Of a stretch of 11,435 nucleotides of DNA, positions 1 to 7,325 are shown piece by piece (the stretch's first letter is position 1; each line of letters starts with the position of its first letter). A program made the translations under genes and the position numbers. The notes under the pieces are model-generated. The model had not been told where the DNA came from and ran no database searches. It saw only the letters and a list, made by a program, of their open reading frames with translations. Where the stretch lies: NCBI GenBank assembly GCA_048772705.1, contig JBLWGC010000203.1:1-11435 (forward strand), given 5' to 3'. The DNA is from Leidyana gryllorum EB-2025a. Lineage: Eukaryota > Protista > Apicomplexa.

Positions 1-16
1 GTGTCCTTGCATTCCT

Positions 17-89
17 GCCACCCTAGATCAGTCGGTAGAGCGCAAGACTCTTAATCTTGCAGTTGAGGGGGCGAGCCCCGCGGGCGGTG
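17..89 (+). pseudogene. tRNA-Lys(CTT) pseudogene
   Basis: Copy of 3486-3558; T-loop GGTTCGA changed to GGGGCGA, plus D- and acceptor-stem mismatches. Confidence 0.85.
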
Positions 90-149
90 TGCATCTATTT
101 CCCTGGGAGTAAGAATGGAACTGTTGCCTACAAGCACACTCAGCTGGAG

Positions 150-222
150 TTCCACTGCCGGGACTTGAACCCGGATCGTGCGGGTGAGAGCCGCATATCC
201 TAGCCACTTAGACTACAGTGGA
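150..222 (-). tRNA. tRNA-Glu-CTC: tRNA-Glu(CTC)
   Basis: TCCACTG/CAGTGGA acceptor stem, loop CT-CTC-AC, TTCAAGT T-loop; identical to the Glu-TTC copy at 2060 except base 34. Confidence 0.93.
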
Positions 223-362
223 CAACCTCCTCAGCTGCAGCTTTAGCGAGAGCCGTATCCTCTTGACAAGACGTGGTCTGGTGAACCTACAACAAAGGGG
301 TTGCAGAATCCTGCGGTAGAAAGCGGAGGGTCTCCAAACTGACCTCTGAAACATTGTCACTG

Positions 363-435
363 GGTCTTGTAGCTAGGTCGGCAGAGCGTGTGGCTCTTAA
401 CCACAAACCCGCCGGTTCGAAACCTGTCAGGACCG
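363..435 (+). pseudogene. tRNA-Asn-derived pseudogene carrying a CTT anticodon
   Basis: Body matches Asn at 4927-4999; loop CT-CTT-AA; D-arm, variable loop and T-stem are mutated. Confidence 0.8.
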
Positions 436-553
436 GTTTTAGAGGCACCCTAGACACTGACTGCGCTGCTCTCCCAATGGCACTTGTGGTCTGCGACCCT
501 TCAAAGATGTAAGGTTGGGTTTGGCTCCCGCCACGTACAGCCGTAGCGTACTT

Positions 554-626
554 TGGACGACCTGGGCCTCGATCCCAGTACCTCTCGCATGCTAAGCGAG
601 CGCTCTACCATTTGAGCTAGTCGCCC
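554..626 (-). tRNA. tRNA-Ala-AGC: tRNA-Ala(AGC)
   Basis: GGGCGAC/GTCGTCC with G3:U70, loop TT-AGC-AT, ATCGA T-loop (one T-loop substitution versus 5069). Confidence 0.9.
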
Positions 627-714
627 GTTGCGCAGACCCCATCGCATGTGTTGGTTCTCAAATATTATGACCAGTCTCCCGACTGTACTCAGCGGTTTGC
701 ACCACCGACCAGGC

Positions 715-786
715 GGCTGTTTGGTCTAGTGGTATGATTCTTCCTTCGGGTGGAAGAAGTCCTGGGTTCGATTCCCAGAACAGCCC
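715..786 (+). tRNA. tRNA-Pro-CGG: tRNA-Pro(CGG)
   Basis: GGCTGTT/AACAGCC, CTTCC-TTCGGGT-GGAAG, GGTTCGATTCC. Confidence 0.93.
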
Positions 787-867
787 TATTGGTTGTCGGT
801 TGACCCGACGCTCCACCTGATCTCAAGATGGTACGGCTCTCATCCGAAGCCTCAACTCGGGAAGTCG

Positions 868-939
868 CCCACTGTAGTCTGATGGCCAGGATAAGCGGCT
901 CTCACCCGCACGATCTGGGTTCAAGTTGCGGCAGTGGAA
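868..939 (+). pseudogene. tRNA-Glu(CTC) degenerate copy
   Basis: Glu body with D-arm deletion/substitutions and a broken T-stem. Confidence 0.8.
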
Positions 940-999
940 ATCCAGCTGAGTGTGGTTGTAGGCAACGGTTCCATTCTAACTCCCAGAGACATTGATTTG

Positions 1000-1072
1000 C
1001 ACCGCCCGCGGGGCTCGAACCCGCGACTGCAAGATTAACAGTCTTGCGCTCTACGGACTGATTTAGGGCGCA
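1000..1072 (-). pseudogene. tRNA-Lys-derived pseudogene carrying a GTT anticodon
   Basis: Lys body (as 3486-3558); loop CT-GTT-AA; acceptor pairs 1-2 and D-arm are broken. Confidence 0.8.
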
Positions 1073-1173
1073 ACGAAGCTCTAGTCTTAGTTACACCCTA
1101 TTTGCCGTTGGGCGGAGCAGTGGAAGTCATTGGACCGGTGGAACAATGTGCTTCAGTAACTTCCGTTAACATT

Positions 1174-1230
1174 GCCTTCTCAGCTTGTGGCAGAGCATCC
1201 GCTTAGTCAGCGAAAGGTCGCCGGTTCGAT
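1174..1230 (+). pseudogene. tRNA-Thr(AGT) 3'-truncated pseudogene
   Basis: Matches 4733-4804 up to GGTTCGAT, then similarity ends. Confidence 0.8.
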
Positions 1231-1253
1231 AACTGTTCCCTTCTGCGCACACT

Positions 1254-1325
1254 TAGCAGTGCGCCGCTTCGATCGACGGACCTTTGGGCTATGAGCCCAA
1301 CACTCTTCCACTGAGCTACATTGCT
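1254..1325 (-). tRNA. tRNA-iMet-CAT: initiator tRNA-Met(CAT), slightly degenerate
   Basis: AGCAATG...CACTGCTA (A1:U72, one A-C mismatch), GGG/CCC anticodon stem, CAT anticodon, T-loop ATCGAAG. Confidence 0.8.
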
Positions 1326-1467
1326 CAGTCTGCAACATGGAAGAGGTAGCCGAAATGCGATTCTTGAGATGCTAGTATGTCCTGACTGCCCTACCCAAGT
1401 GCGCTAACGAGGTGGCTGTGTTGGTTCTGAGGGCAACTTGTCCCGTCGGGTCAACCGACGACCAAGA

Positions 1468-1538
1468 GGGCTGTTCTGGGAATGGAACCAGGACTCCTTC
1501 CACCCTGAGGAGGGATCATAGCACTAGACCAAACAGCC
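1468..1538 (-). pseudogene. tRNA-Pro(AGG) pseudogene
   Basis: Pro body; T-loop TTCCA, 1-nt deletion in the T-stem, D-loop and anticodon-arm changes. Confidence 0.82.
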
Positions 1539-1626
1539 CATCGGTCGGTGGTGCAAATGGCTGGTACAGTGGGGAGACTGGTTATAATATGTCAAGAACC
1601 ACTAAATGCTATGGGGTCTGCACAGC

Positions 1627-1687
1627 GGGCGACTAGCTGGAATGATATAGCACTCGCTCAGCATGGGATGGATGCCCAGGTCGTCCA
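1627..1687 (+). pseudogene. tRNA-Ala(AGC) pseudogene with internal deletion
   Basis: GGGCGACTAGCT...CCCAGGTCGTCCA ends retained; 12 nt deleted after the anticodon. Confidence 0.8.
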
Positions 1688-1763
1688 AACTTCTAACGGC
1701 TACACCTGCGGTATTTGAAAACAGAGTCACGACCGAATGGAGTTGATGCCCGATCACATAACA

Positions 1764-1845
1764 CGACAACTGCTGGATTCGAACCAGCGCGGGCCAGACC
1801 CAGTAGATTTCAAGTCTACCCCCTTAACCACTCGGGGAAGTTGCC
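1764..1845 (-). tRNA. tRNA-Ser-TGA: tRNA-Ser(TGA)
   Basis: 82 nt with long variable arm GGG-TCTGG-CCC, GTAGA-CTTGAAA-TCTAC, G73. Confidence 0.9.
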
Positions 1846-1904
1846 AACTGTCGAATTCGACATGCCGCGAGGAGTGACCAAATACCCCTATGTTCAGCCT
1901 GTCC

Positions 1905-1977
1905 TGCGGCATTGATAGGTGTCTAAACTGACCTCTCGCGTGCAAAGTCACCGCTCTTCCACTTGAGATAGCCGCCC
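1905..1977 (-). pseudogene. tRNA-Ala(TGC)-like remnant
   Basis: Reverse complement GGGCGGCTATCTCAAGTGGAAGAGCG...TTTGCACGCGAGAGGTC resembles the Ala 5' two-thirds; T-arm lost. Confidence 0.55.
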
Positions 1978-2059
1978 ACCCGCCAAACCTAGGTGAACTT
2001 CCCACGATCGACTCACAGTTCCCTGGCGCCTCATTCGTCAGTGCAACTGTTGTGACTCG

Positions 2060-2132
2060 TCCACTGTAGTCTAAGTGGCTAGGATATGCGGCTTTCACCC
2101 GCACGATCCGGGTTCAAGTCCCGGCAGTGGAA
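2060..2132 (+). tRNA. tRNA-Glu-TTC: tRNA-Glu(TTC)
   Basis: Complete cloverleaf, loop CT-TTC-AC. Confidence 0.95.
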
Positions 2133-2208
2133 GTCATTAGAGTACTCGATCAAAGTGCTTTAATAGCTTGTATCAATAGGAACTGATGGGTGACTCCCGG
2201 CTTGCATT

Positions 2209-2277
2209 GCCTTCTTAGCTTAGGGGCAGAACATTCGCTTAAGCGAAAGGTCGCCGGTTCGATTCCGGCAGAAGGCT
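2209..2277 (+). pseudogene. tRNA-Thr with 3-nt anticodon-loop deletion
   Basis: As 4733-4804 but loop TTAGTAA is reduced to TTAA; one D-stem change. Confidence 0.85.
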
Positions 2278-2394
2278 TTGCTCACAAGCTTAAGCTTTTC
2301 GGGCTGGTCTCTCGGTCTCGATAACGACCTGAGGGGGTTGCAAAATTCTCAGGCCTTTTCTGCCCCCATTCGTCAGTGCAACTTTGGTGACTTG

Positions 2395-2467
2395 TCCACT
2401 ATAGTCTCGTTGGATAGTATATGCGGCGCCAACCCGCACCATCCCGGTTCGAGTCTCGGCAGCGCAA
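2395..2467 (+). pseudogene. tRNA-Glu pseudogene
   Basis: Colinear with the Glu body with many substitutions; Glu-type flanks on both sides. Confidence 0.75.
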
Positions 2468-2528
2468 ATGCAGCTGGGTGTGCTTGTAGGCAACATACTG
2501 CATTCTTACTCCCCGGCCCACTCGTCCG

Positions 2529-2601
2529 CACCGCCCACGGGACTTCACTTTGCGACTGCAAGATTAAGAGGCTCGCGCTCCACCGACTGAGCTAGGACGA
2601 C
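2529..2601 (-). pseudogene. tRNA-Lys(CTT) pseudogene
   Basis: Colinear with 3486-3558; T-arm destroyed. Confidence 0.8.
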
Positions 2602-2682
2602 AAGGAAACTCTAAACTAAGTTACACTCTATTTGCCTCAGGGTGGAGTCATGCAAGTCATTGGGCAGGTCGACCGGAGTCCT

Positions 2683-2720
2683 TAATATTTTCGCGCGTCA
2701 CGCGGAAGACCTGGGTCGAG
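2683..2720 (+). pseudogene. tRNA-Asp(GTC) fragment
   Basis: GTCACGCGGAAGACCTGGGTCGA matches the Asp anticodon-to-T-arm region; followed by the reverse complement of the Val-Asp spacer (9061-9095). Confidence 0.6.
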
Positions 2721-2802
2721 CTCGTTCCGCTTTAGACTTCTTTTGGTGCTCACTCAAAAGGTGCGGTTCGGGAGCAAACCTCGATGTCCAAGGGTCACAC
2801 GA

Positions 2803-2872
2803 CAGGCGTTCGCTCACTTGGTACAGCATCTGACTGCGGCGGGTGCTCGACCGTTCCATTCCCCTCGCCCGA
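2803..2872 (+). pseudogene. tRNA-Tyr-like remnant
   Basis: GCTCACTTGGTACAGCATCTGACTG resembles GCTCAGTTGGTAGAGCATCTGACTG of the Tyr copies. Confidence 0.5.
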
Positions 2873-2886
2873 CACTTGCCTCCTTA

Positions 2887-2967
2887 TGCGAGAAGTGGGG
2901 TTCGAACCCACGCGGAATTAACCAGTGGATCTTAAGGCCACCCCCTTAACCTCTCGGGCATTCTCGC
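2887..2967 (-). tRNA. tRNA-Leu-TAA: tRNA-Leu(TAA)
   Basis: GCGAGAA/TTCTCGC, loop CT-TAA-GA, long variable arm, GGTTCGAACC; 31-39 mismatch. Confidence 0.85.
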
Positions 2968-3029
2968 AATGGAGCGTCTAGACAAGTAGTCTGGGGTTTC
3001 TGCGGGTAGTCAGTGCCCTTTCAAGGCGC

Positions 3030-3098
3030 GAGAAAGATACTCACGACCATGTGAGTGGCGTCTGAGAAATAGCGCCTTACCCACTAGGGCATCTTGCC
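3030..3098 (-). pseudogene. tRNA-Leu(CAG) remnant
   Basis: Reverse complement GGCAAGATGCCCTAGTGGGTAAGGCGCT..CTCAGAC..GGTCGTG resembles 9281-9360. Confidence 0.55.
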
Positions 3099-3227
3099 AC
3101 ATACTGGTAGGCGCAAGTCTGCATGGTGCGGGTCCCATTCTGCGCAACGGTACTCATTTCAGGACGGAATTAGCCATCACTTCGAGTTTACGGCTGTACG
3201 TAGCCGGTTGTATCCCCCTTCCCATTC

Positions 3228-3295
3228 GGCTGTTTGGTCTAGTGGTATGATTCCACGGGTGGAAGAAGTCCTGGGTTCGATTCTCAGAACAGCCC
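3228..3295 (+). pseudogene. tRNA-Pro(CGG) pseudogene
   Basis: Pro body with 4 nt lost from the anticodon arm. Confidence 0.85.
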
Positions 3296-3352
3296 CGTTG
3301 GTTCAGGTCAAGAGGGTACAGCTCTAGGCCGAAGGCTGAGCTCGGGGGCTTG

Positions 3353-3425
3353 TTCACTGTAGTCTAAGTGGCTAGGATATGCGGCTTTCACCCGCACGAT
3401 CGGGGTTCAAGTCCCGGCAGTGGAA
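3353..3425 (+). tRNA. tRNA-Glu-TTC: tRNA-Glu(TTC), one T-stem mismatch
   Basis: Two differences from 2060-2132 (U2:G71 and a G-G pair in the T-stem). Confidence 0.85.
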
Positions 3426-3485
3426 ATCCAGCTGAGTGTGCTTGCAGGCAACAGTTCCATTCTTACTTCCAGGGATATAGATCCA

Positions 3486-3558
3486 CACCGCCCGCGGGGC
3501 TCGAACCCGCGACTGCAAGATTAAGAGTCTTGCGCTCTACCGACTGAGCTAGGGCGGC
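3486..3558 (-). tRNA. tRNA-Lys-CTT: tRNA-Lys(CTT)
   Basis: GCCGCCC/GGGCGGT, CAAGA-CTCTTAA-TCTTG, GGTTCGAGCC. Confidence 0.95.
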
Positions 3559-3634
3559 AGGAATGCAAGGACAAAAAACCCGATAGCCCGACATCTTAAG
3601 TGGCTTTGGTACCCACCAGCCTCACTTGAAGATT

Positions 3635-3706
3635 GTCGGGTCGTCTAGGTGCTTACAACAGCAAGTTGTGGCCGTGCATACCCAGGCCCGAATCCTGGCT
3701 TGGATA
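3635..3706 (+). pseudogene. tRNA-His(GTG)-like remnant
   Basis: GTTGTGGCCG anticodon region typical of eukaryotic His; CCAGG..CGAAT-CCTGG T-arm. Confidence 0.55.
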
Positions 3707-3807
3707 GTATGTCCCCGATGTCTCGAATGGGAGATGTGGGCATCGGGCGTAGCTGCCCATGTCCTGTCTTGATCGCTACACACTCCCATTTGACGGCTCC
3801 GTTAGTC

Positions 3808-3880
3808 GGCGCTATGGCCTAATGGATATGGCATCGGTCTACGGAACCGGGGATTCTGGGTTCGAGTCCCAGTAGCGTCT
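3808..3880 (+). tRNA. tRNA-Arg-ACG: tRNA-Arg(ACG)
   Basis: GGCGCTA/TAGCGTC, TCGGT-CTACGGA-ACCGG, GGTTCGAGTCC. Confidence 0.92.
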
Positions 3881-3981
3881 GGACGAATGGCCGGGTTGCA
3901 GCCTGTTGAGTCAACAACTCAGATCCTGTCTTAGCTGTCCGGGATGGGTCGAGTGCCGTGTTGCGTCAACAACTATCAGAC

Positions 3982-4053
3982 GGGCTGTTCTGGGAATCGA
4001 ACCCAGGACTCCTTCCACCCTAAGGAAGGATCATACCACTAGACCAAACAGCC
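3982..4053 (-). tRNA. tRNA-Pro-AGG: tRNA-Pro(AGG)
   Basis: Complete cloverleaf, loop TT-AGG-GT. Confidence 0.93.
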
Positions 4054-4142
4054 GCCTGGCCGGTGGTTCAACCCGCTGGGTACAGTCGAGAGACTCGTCT
4101 CACTATGTGAAGTATCACTCAATGCCACGAGGTAGGCACAGA

Positions 4143-4214
4143 GGGAGGCTAGCCCAGATGATGAAACGGTGCTTAGTGCACGAAAGGTTGTGGGATCGAT
4201 TCTCAGCCCATCCA
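4143..4214 (+). pseudogene. tRNA-Ala-derived remnant
   Basis: GGGAGGCTAGCCCAGATG...GCTTAG...GGGATCGAT...TCCA; lies in the Ala position relative to the divergent Pro gene. Confidence 0.65.
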
Positions 4215-4317
4215 AACTAGATAGATGGAACCCTCGCTGGAGTAGTCTAGTTGGCCTATCAACGCTGTCTGCCAAAATCATCAGGTTGAGTAGTACTTTG
4301 CCAATCACCACTCTACT

Positions 4318-4396
4318 TCCGGTGGGACGGAATCGAACCGCCGACTATCTGATGCCAGCACTACAGTCAGATGCTCTACCAACTGAGCTACCCCGG
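4318..4396 (-). tRNA. tRNA-Tyr-GTA: tRNA-Tyr(GTA) with 7-nt intron (4354-4360); acceptor 5' strand imperfect
   Basis: TCTGA-CTGTAG[TGCTGGC]A-TCAGA; C1:G72, A73; 5' strand CCGGGG is one base short against CCACCGG. Confidence 0.8.
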
Positions 4397-4471
4397 GTCG
4401 TCCAACTGCTGCGAGATTCGAAGGCTCAACCTCAGACCCTCAACAGTGGCGCTCTCAAGCTCAGAAGTACG

Positions 4472-4535
4472 GCACGGATTTCGGGGTGGTCCAAGGTGCC
4501 AGACTCGAGTTCCGGTAAGATTGCACGAGCTGGGT
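4472..4535 (+). pseudogene. tRNA-Leu(CAA)-like remnant
   Basis: GTGGTCCAAGGTGCCAGACTCGAGTTCCGGT resembles the eukaryotic Leu-CAA D and anticodon arms. Confidence 0.45.
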
Positions 4536-4591
4536 ACCACTGATTTCCAACACGGTACAGCTCTAGGCCGAAGGCTGAGCTCGGGGGCTTG

Positions 4592-4664
4592 TTCACTGTA
4601 GTCTAAGTGGCTAGGATATGCGGCTTTCACCCGCACGATCCGGGTTCAAGTCCCGGCAGTGGAA
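4592..4664 (+). tRNA. tRNA-Glu-TTC: tRNA-Glu(TTC)
   Basis: Complete cloverleaf, U2:G71. Confidence 0.92.
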
Positions 4665-4732
4665 GTTACTCGAGCAAAGTGCTCCAGTAATCCCCGTCAA
4701 TAGTAACTGATTCGTGATCTTCGGCTTGTATT

Positions 4733-4804
4733 GCCTTCTTAGCTTAGGGGCAGAGCATTCGCTTAGTAAGCGAAAGGTCGCCGGTTCGATTCCGGCAGAA
4801 GGCT
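4733..4804 (+). tRNA. tRNA-Thr-AGT: tRNA-Thr(AGT)
   Basis: GCCTTCT/AGAAGGC, TTCGC-TTAGTAA-GCGAA, GGTTCGATTCC. Confidence 0.94.
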
Positions 4805-4926
4805 TGCTCACGAGCTCAAGCTTTTCTGGCTGGTCTCTCAGGTCTCGATAACGACCTGAGAGGGCTGCAAAATTCTTCGGTGGAAGATGAAGGATCTCTC
4901 TGCTAACCTCTGAAAGAATGTCACTG

Positions 4927-4999
4927 GGTCTGGTAGCTCAGTCGGCAGAGCGTGTGGCTGTTAACCACAAAGTCGCAGGTTCGAAACCTACCAGGACCG
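4927..4999 (+). tRNA. tRNA-Asn-GTT: tRNA-Asn(GTT), two stem mismatches
   Basis: TGTGG-CTGTTAA-CCACA, G73; G6-A67 and one T-stem mismatch. Confidence 0.82.
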
Positions 5000-5068
5000 G
5001 GTTCTGCGGCACCGTACTCTCTAGACGGCACTTTCGTAAAAATACCGGCAGTTGAAAACTACGAAGTT

Positions 5069-5141
5069 TGGACGACCTGGGCATCGATCCCAGTACCTCT
5101 CGCATGCTAAGCGAGCGCTCTACCATTTGAGCTAGTCGCCC
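5069..5141 (-). tRNA. tRNA-Ala-AGC: tRNA-Ala(AGC)
   Basis: Complete cloverleaf, G3:U70, T-loop ATCGATG. Confidence 0.95.
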
Positions 5142-5229
5142 ATTGTGCAGACTCCATCGCATTTTTTTGTTCTCAACATCGTATGACCACTCTCTCGACT
5201 GTGTTCAGCGGGTTTCACGACCGACAGGC

Positions 5230-5301
5230 GGCTGGTTGGTCTAGTGGTATGATTCTTCCTTCGGGTGGAAGAAGGCCTGTGTTCGACTCCCAGAAGAGCC
5301 C
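5230..5301 (+). pseudogene. tRNA-Pro(CGG) degenerate copy
   Basis: Full length but with acceptor and T-stem mismatches versus 715-786. Confidence 0.75.
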
Positions 5302-5415
5302 GTCTAATAGTTGTTGACTAAATGCCACGTCTCTCCAAGGTCGTATGATCCCGGATGAAGTCGAGACCAGCGGAGACAAAATCTGAGTTGCAGCAGTTGT
5401 GAGGGGCTGGAACTG

Positions 5416-5487
5416 CTCCGAGACCGGGAATCGAACCCGGATCTTCCGAGTGACAGGCGGAAATACTAACCACTATACTATCTCGGA
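5416..5487 (-). tRNA. tRNA-Asp-GTC: tRNA-Asp(GTC), one anticodon-stem mismatch
   Basis: TCCGAGA/TCTCGGA, loop CT-GTC-AC, G73. Confidence 0.87.
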
Positions 5488-5576
5488 CGCTCTGAACACG
5501 CCGCCCTCCAACCCCAAAAGTCCTTCCATTTTGAGATGTCAAGCAAACGCGTGGAGCGGCGAGCCAACAACATGCC

Positions 5577-5632
5577 GGCAAGATGGCCGAGTTGCCCAAG
5601 ACGCTGTGCTCAGACTGCAGTCCGAGAGGGCG
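5577..5632 (+). pseudogene. tRNA-Leu(CAG) 3'-truncated pseudogene
   Basis: Matches 9281-9335, then switches into the inverted Tyr-upstream spacer. Confidence 0.75.
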
Positions 5633-5676
5633 AGGATCTGGGGTTAAGCCTTTCGAACCCCGGAGCAGTTGGACAG

Positions 5677-5756
5677 CCGGGGAAAGCTCAGTTGGTAGAG
5701 CATCTGACTGTAGTGCTGGCATCAGATAGTCGGCGGTTCGGTTCCGTCCCACCGGA
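5677..5756 (+). pseudogene. tRNA-Tyr(GTA) copy with the same 7-nt intron (5714-5720)
   Basis: Inverted copy of 4318-4396; U8 to A, A58 to G, acceptor mismatches. Confidence 0.8.
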
Positions 5757-5822
5757 TGGTTTTGGCAGACAGCGTTGATAGGCCAACTAGACTACTCCGG
5801 CGAGGGTTCCATCTATGTAGTT

Positions 5823-5895
5823 CGGATGGGCTGGGAATCAATCCCAGAACCTTTCGTACACTAAGCCACCGTTTCATCATCTGGGCTAGCCTCCC
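5823..5895 (-). pseudogene. tRNA-Ala-derived remnant
   Basis: Inverted copy of 4143-4214. Confidence 0.65.
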
Positions 5896-5984
5896 ACTGT
5901 GCCTACCTCATGGCATTGAGTGATACTTCACATAGTGAGACGAGTCTCTCGACTGTACCCAGCGGGTTAAACCACCGGCTAGGC

Positions 5985-6056
5985 GGCTGTTTGGTCTAGT
6001 GGTATGATCCTTCCTTAGGGTGGAAGGAGTCCTGGGTTCGATTCCCAGGACAGCCT
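5985..6056 (+). tRNA. tRNA-Pro-AGG: tRNA-Pro(AGG)
   Basis: Inverted copy of 3982-4053; U7:G66 and discriminator T. Confidence 0.85.
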
Positions 6057-6114
6057 GTCTGATAGTTGTTGACGCAACACGGCACTCAACAGGCTGCAAC
6101 CCGGCCATTCGTCC

Positions 6115-6187
6115 AGACGCTAATGGGACTCGAACCCAGAATCCCCGGTTCCGTAGACCGATGCCCTATCCATTAGGCCACCGCACC
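6115..6187 (-). pseudogene. tRNA-Arg(ACG) degenerate copy
   Basis: Inverted copy of 3808-3880 with acceptor and T-stem mismatches. Confidence 0.75.
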
Positions 6188-6268
6188 ATAGACAAGCTTC
6201 GGTCATCTCGATACTAGTTGGGTGTAAGAGGAGACAGCTTCGGGCAGCTCGGTGGATGGGTTGCGAAT

Positions 6269-6341
6269 GCGGTTGTGCCGCAATGCATAGCGCGTTGCCC
6301 TCCTAAAGCGAAGGTTGAGGATTCGGGTCCCTCCAGCCGTT
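6269..6341 (+). pseudogene. tRNA-Arg(CCT) pseudogene
   Basis: GCGGTTG/CAGCCGT, loop CT-CCT-AA; D-loop GG and T-loop damaged; body resembles 11107-11179. Confidence 0.72.
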
Positions 6342-6424
6342 TCCTGCGTGGCTTCGTTTGTGCAAAGTGGAGAGACTGGTCATACCATGTAAAAAAGAAC
6401 TGGATGTACTGGGGTTTGCTCAAT

Positions 6425-6497
6425 GGGCGACTAGCTCAAATGGTAGAGCGCTCGCTTAGCACGCGAGAGGTACTGGGATCGATGCCCAGGTCGTCCA
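6425..6497 (+). tRNA. tRNA-Ala-AGC: tRNA-Ala(AGC)
   Basis: Complete cloverleaf, loop TT-AGC-AC. Confidence 0.94.
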
Positions 6498-6615
6498 AAG
6501 TACGCTACGGCTGTACGTGGCGGGAGCCAAACCCAACCTTACATCTTTGAAGGGTCGCAGACCACAAGTGCCATAGGGAGAGCAGCGCAGTCAGTGTCTA
6601 GGGTGCCTCTAAAAC

Positions 6616-6687
6616 CGGTCCTGGCAGGTTTCGAACCGGCGGGTGTGTGGTTAACAGCCACACGTCTGCCGACCGGGCTACAAGACC
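6616..6687 (-). pseudogene. tRNA-Asn(GTT) pseudogene
   Basis: Inverted copy of 363-435; D-arm deletion. Confidence 0.8.
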
Positions 6688-6809
6688 CAGCGACAATGTT
6701 TCAGAGGTCAGTATAGAGACCCTCCGCTTTCTGCCGCAGGATTCTGCAATCCCTTTGTTGTAGATTCACCAGAGCACGTCTTGTCAAGAGGGCCTCCGAT
6801 CACATCGCA

Positions 6810-6892
6810 CGACAACTGCTGGATCTGCACCAGCCCGGCCCAGGCCCTGTAGAGATCAAATCTTCTCCCCTTCCCCACTCGCGCAAGTTGGC
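6810..6892 (-). pseudogene. tRNA-Ser pseudogene
   Basis: Colinear with 7183-7264 with many substitutions and the same flanks. Confidence 0.78.
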
Positions 6893-6989
6893 AACTGTCG
6901 AACTTAGTAACAGATTCCATCCGTATTCGTCGTAGAATGTTGGGGCTTCTTCGGGTCGAGGGCAACTCTGTATCACAGATCCACTGCCT

Positions 6990-7063
6990 TGGTCACGCCC
7001 GGGCTCGAACCGGGGACCTTGAGCTTATTAGGCTCACGCTCTAACCGACTGAGCTACGCGACC
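6990..7063 (-). tRNA. tRNA-Ile-AAT: tRNA-Ile(AAT)
   Basis: GGTCGCG/CGTGACC, TGAGC-CTAATAA-GCTCA, GGTTCGAGCC. Confidence 0.95.
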
Positions 7064-7182
7064 GCCTCCGACGACAGATGGCACCGATTCACTTACTTGA
7101 TGCCTCTGCGTCGCCACTGCAATCCTTATCATGTACTGCTGGTGTTTTGAGCCCAGCCGCCTACTCCGATGATCGCAGCACA

Positions 7183-7264
7183 CGACAACTGCTGGATTTG
7201 AACCAGCGCGGGCCAGGCCCAGTAGATTTCTAGTCTACCCCCTTAACCACTCGGGCAAGTTGCC
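7183..7264 (-). tRNA. tRNA-Ser-AGA: tRNA-Ser(AGA)
   Basis: 82 nt, GTAGA-CTAGAAA-TCTAC, long variable arm. Confidence 0.94.
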
Positions 7265-7325
7265 GCTGTCGAACTTGGCATTTTGCGGCCAGTGGCTTCA
7301 CATACGATTCAGCGAGCTTTACTAG

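Larger units (their letters stand above)
3..222 (+). repeat. Lys/Glu convergent module; inverted copies at 868-1072, 2395-2601 and 3353-3572
   Basis: Shared spacer TCCAGCTGAGTGTGCTTG.AGGCAACAGTTCCATTCTTACT. Confidence 0.9.
260..626 (+). repeat. Inverted duplication (Asn-Ala block); partner 6425-6791
   Basis: Continuous reverse-complement alignment including spacers. Confidence 0.92.
3808..4440 (+). repeat. Left arm of inverted duplication (Arg-Pro-Ala remnant-Tyr); partner 5633-6187
   Basis: Genes and spacers align as reverse complements, with two indels. Confidence 0.92.
5633..6187 (-). repeat. Right arm of inverted duplication; partner 3808-4440
   Basis: For example TGGCAGACAGCGTTGATAGGCCAACTAGACTACTCC is the reverse complement of the 4239-4274 region. 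Confidence 0.92.
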
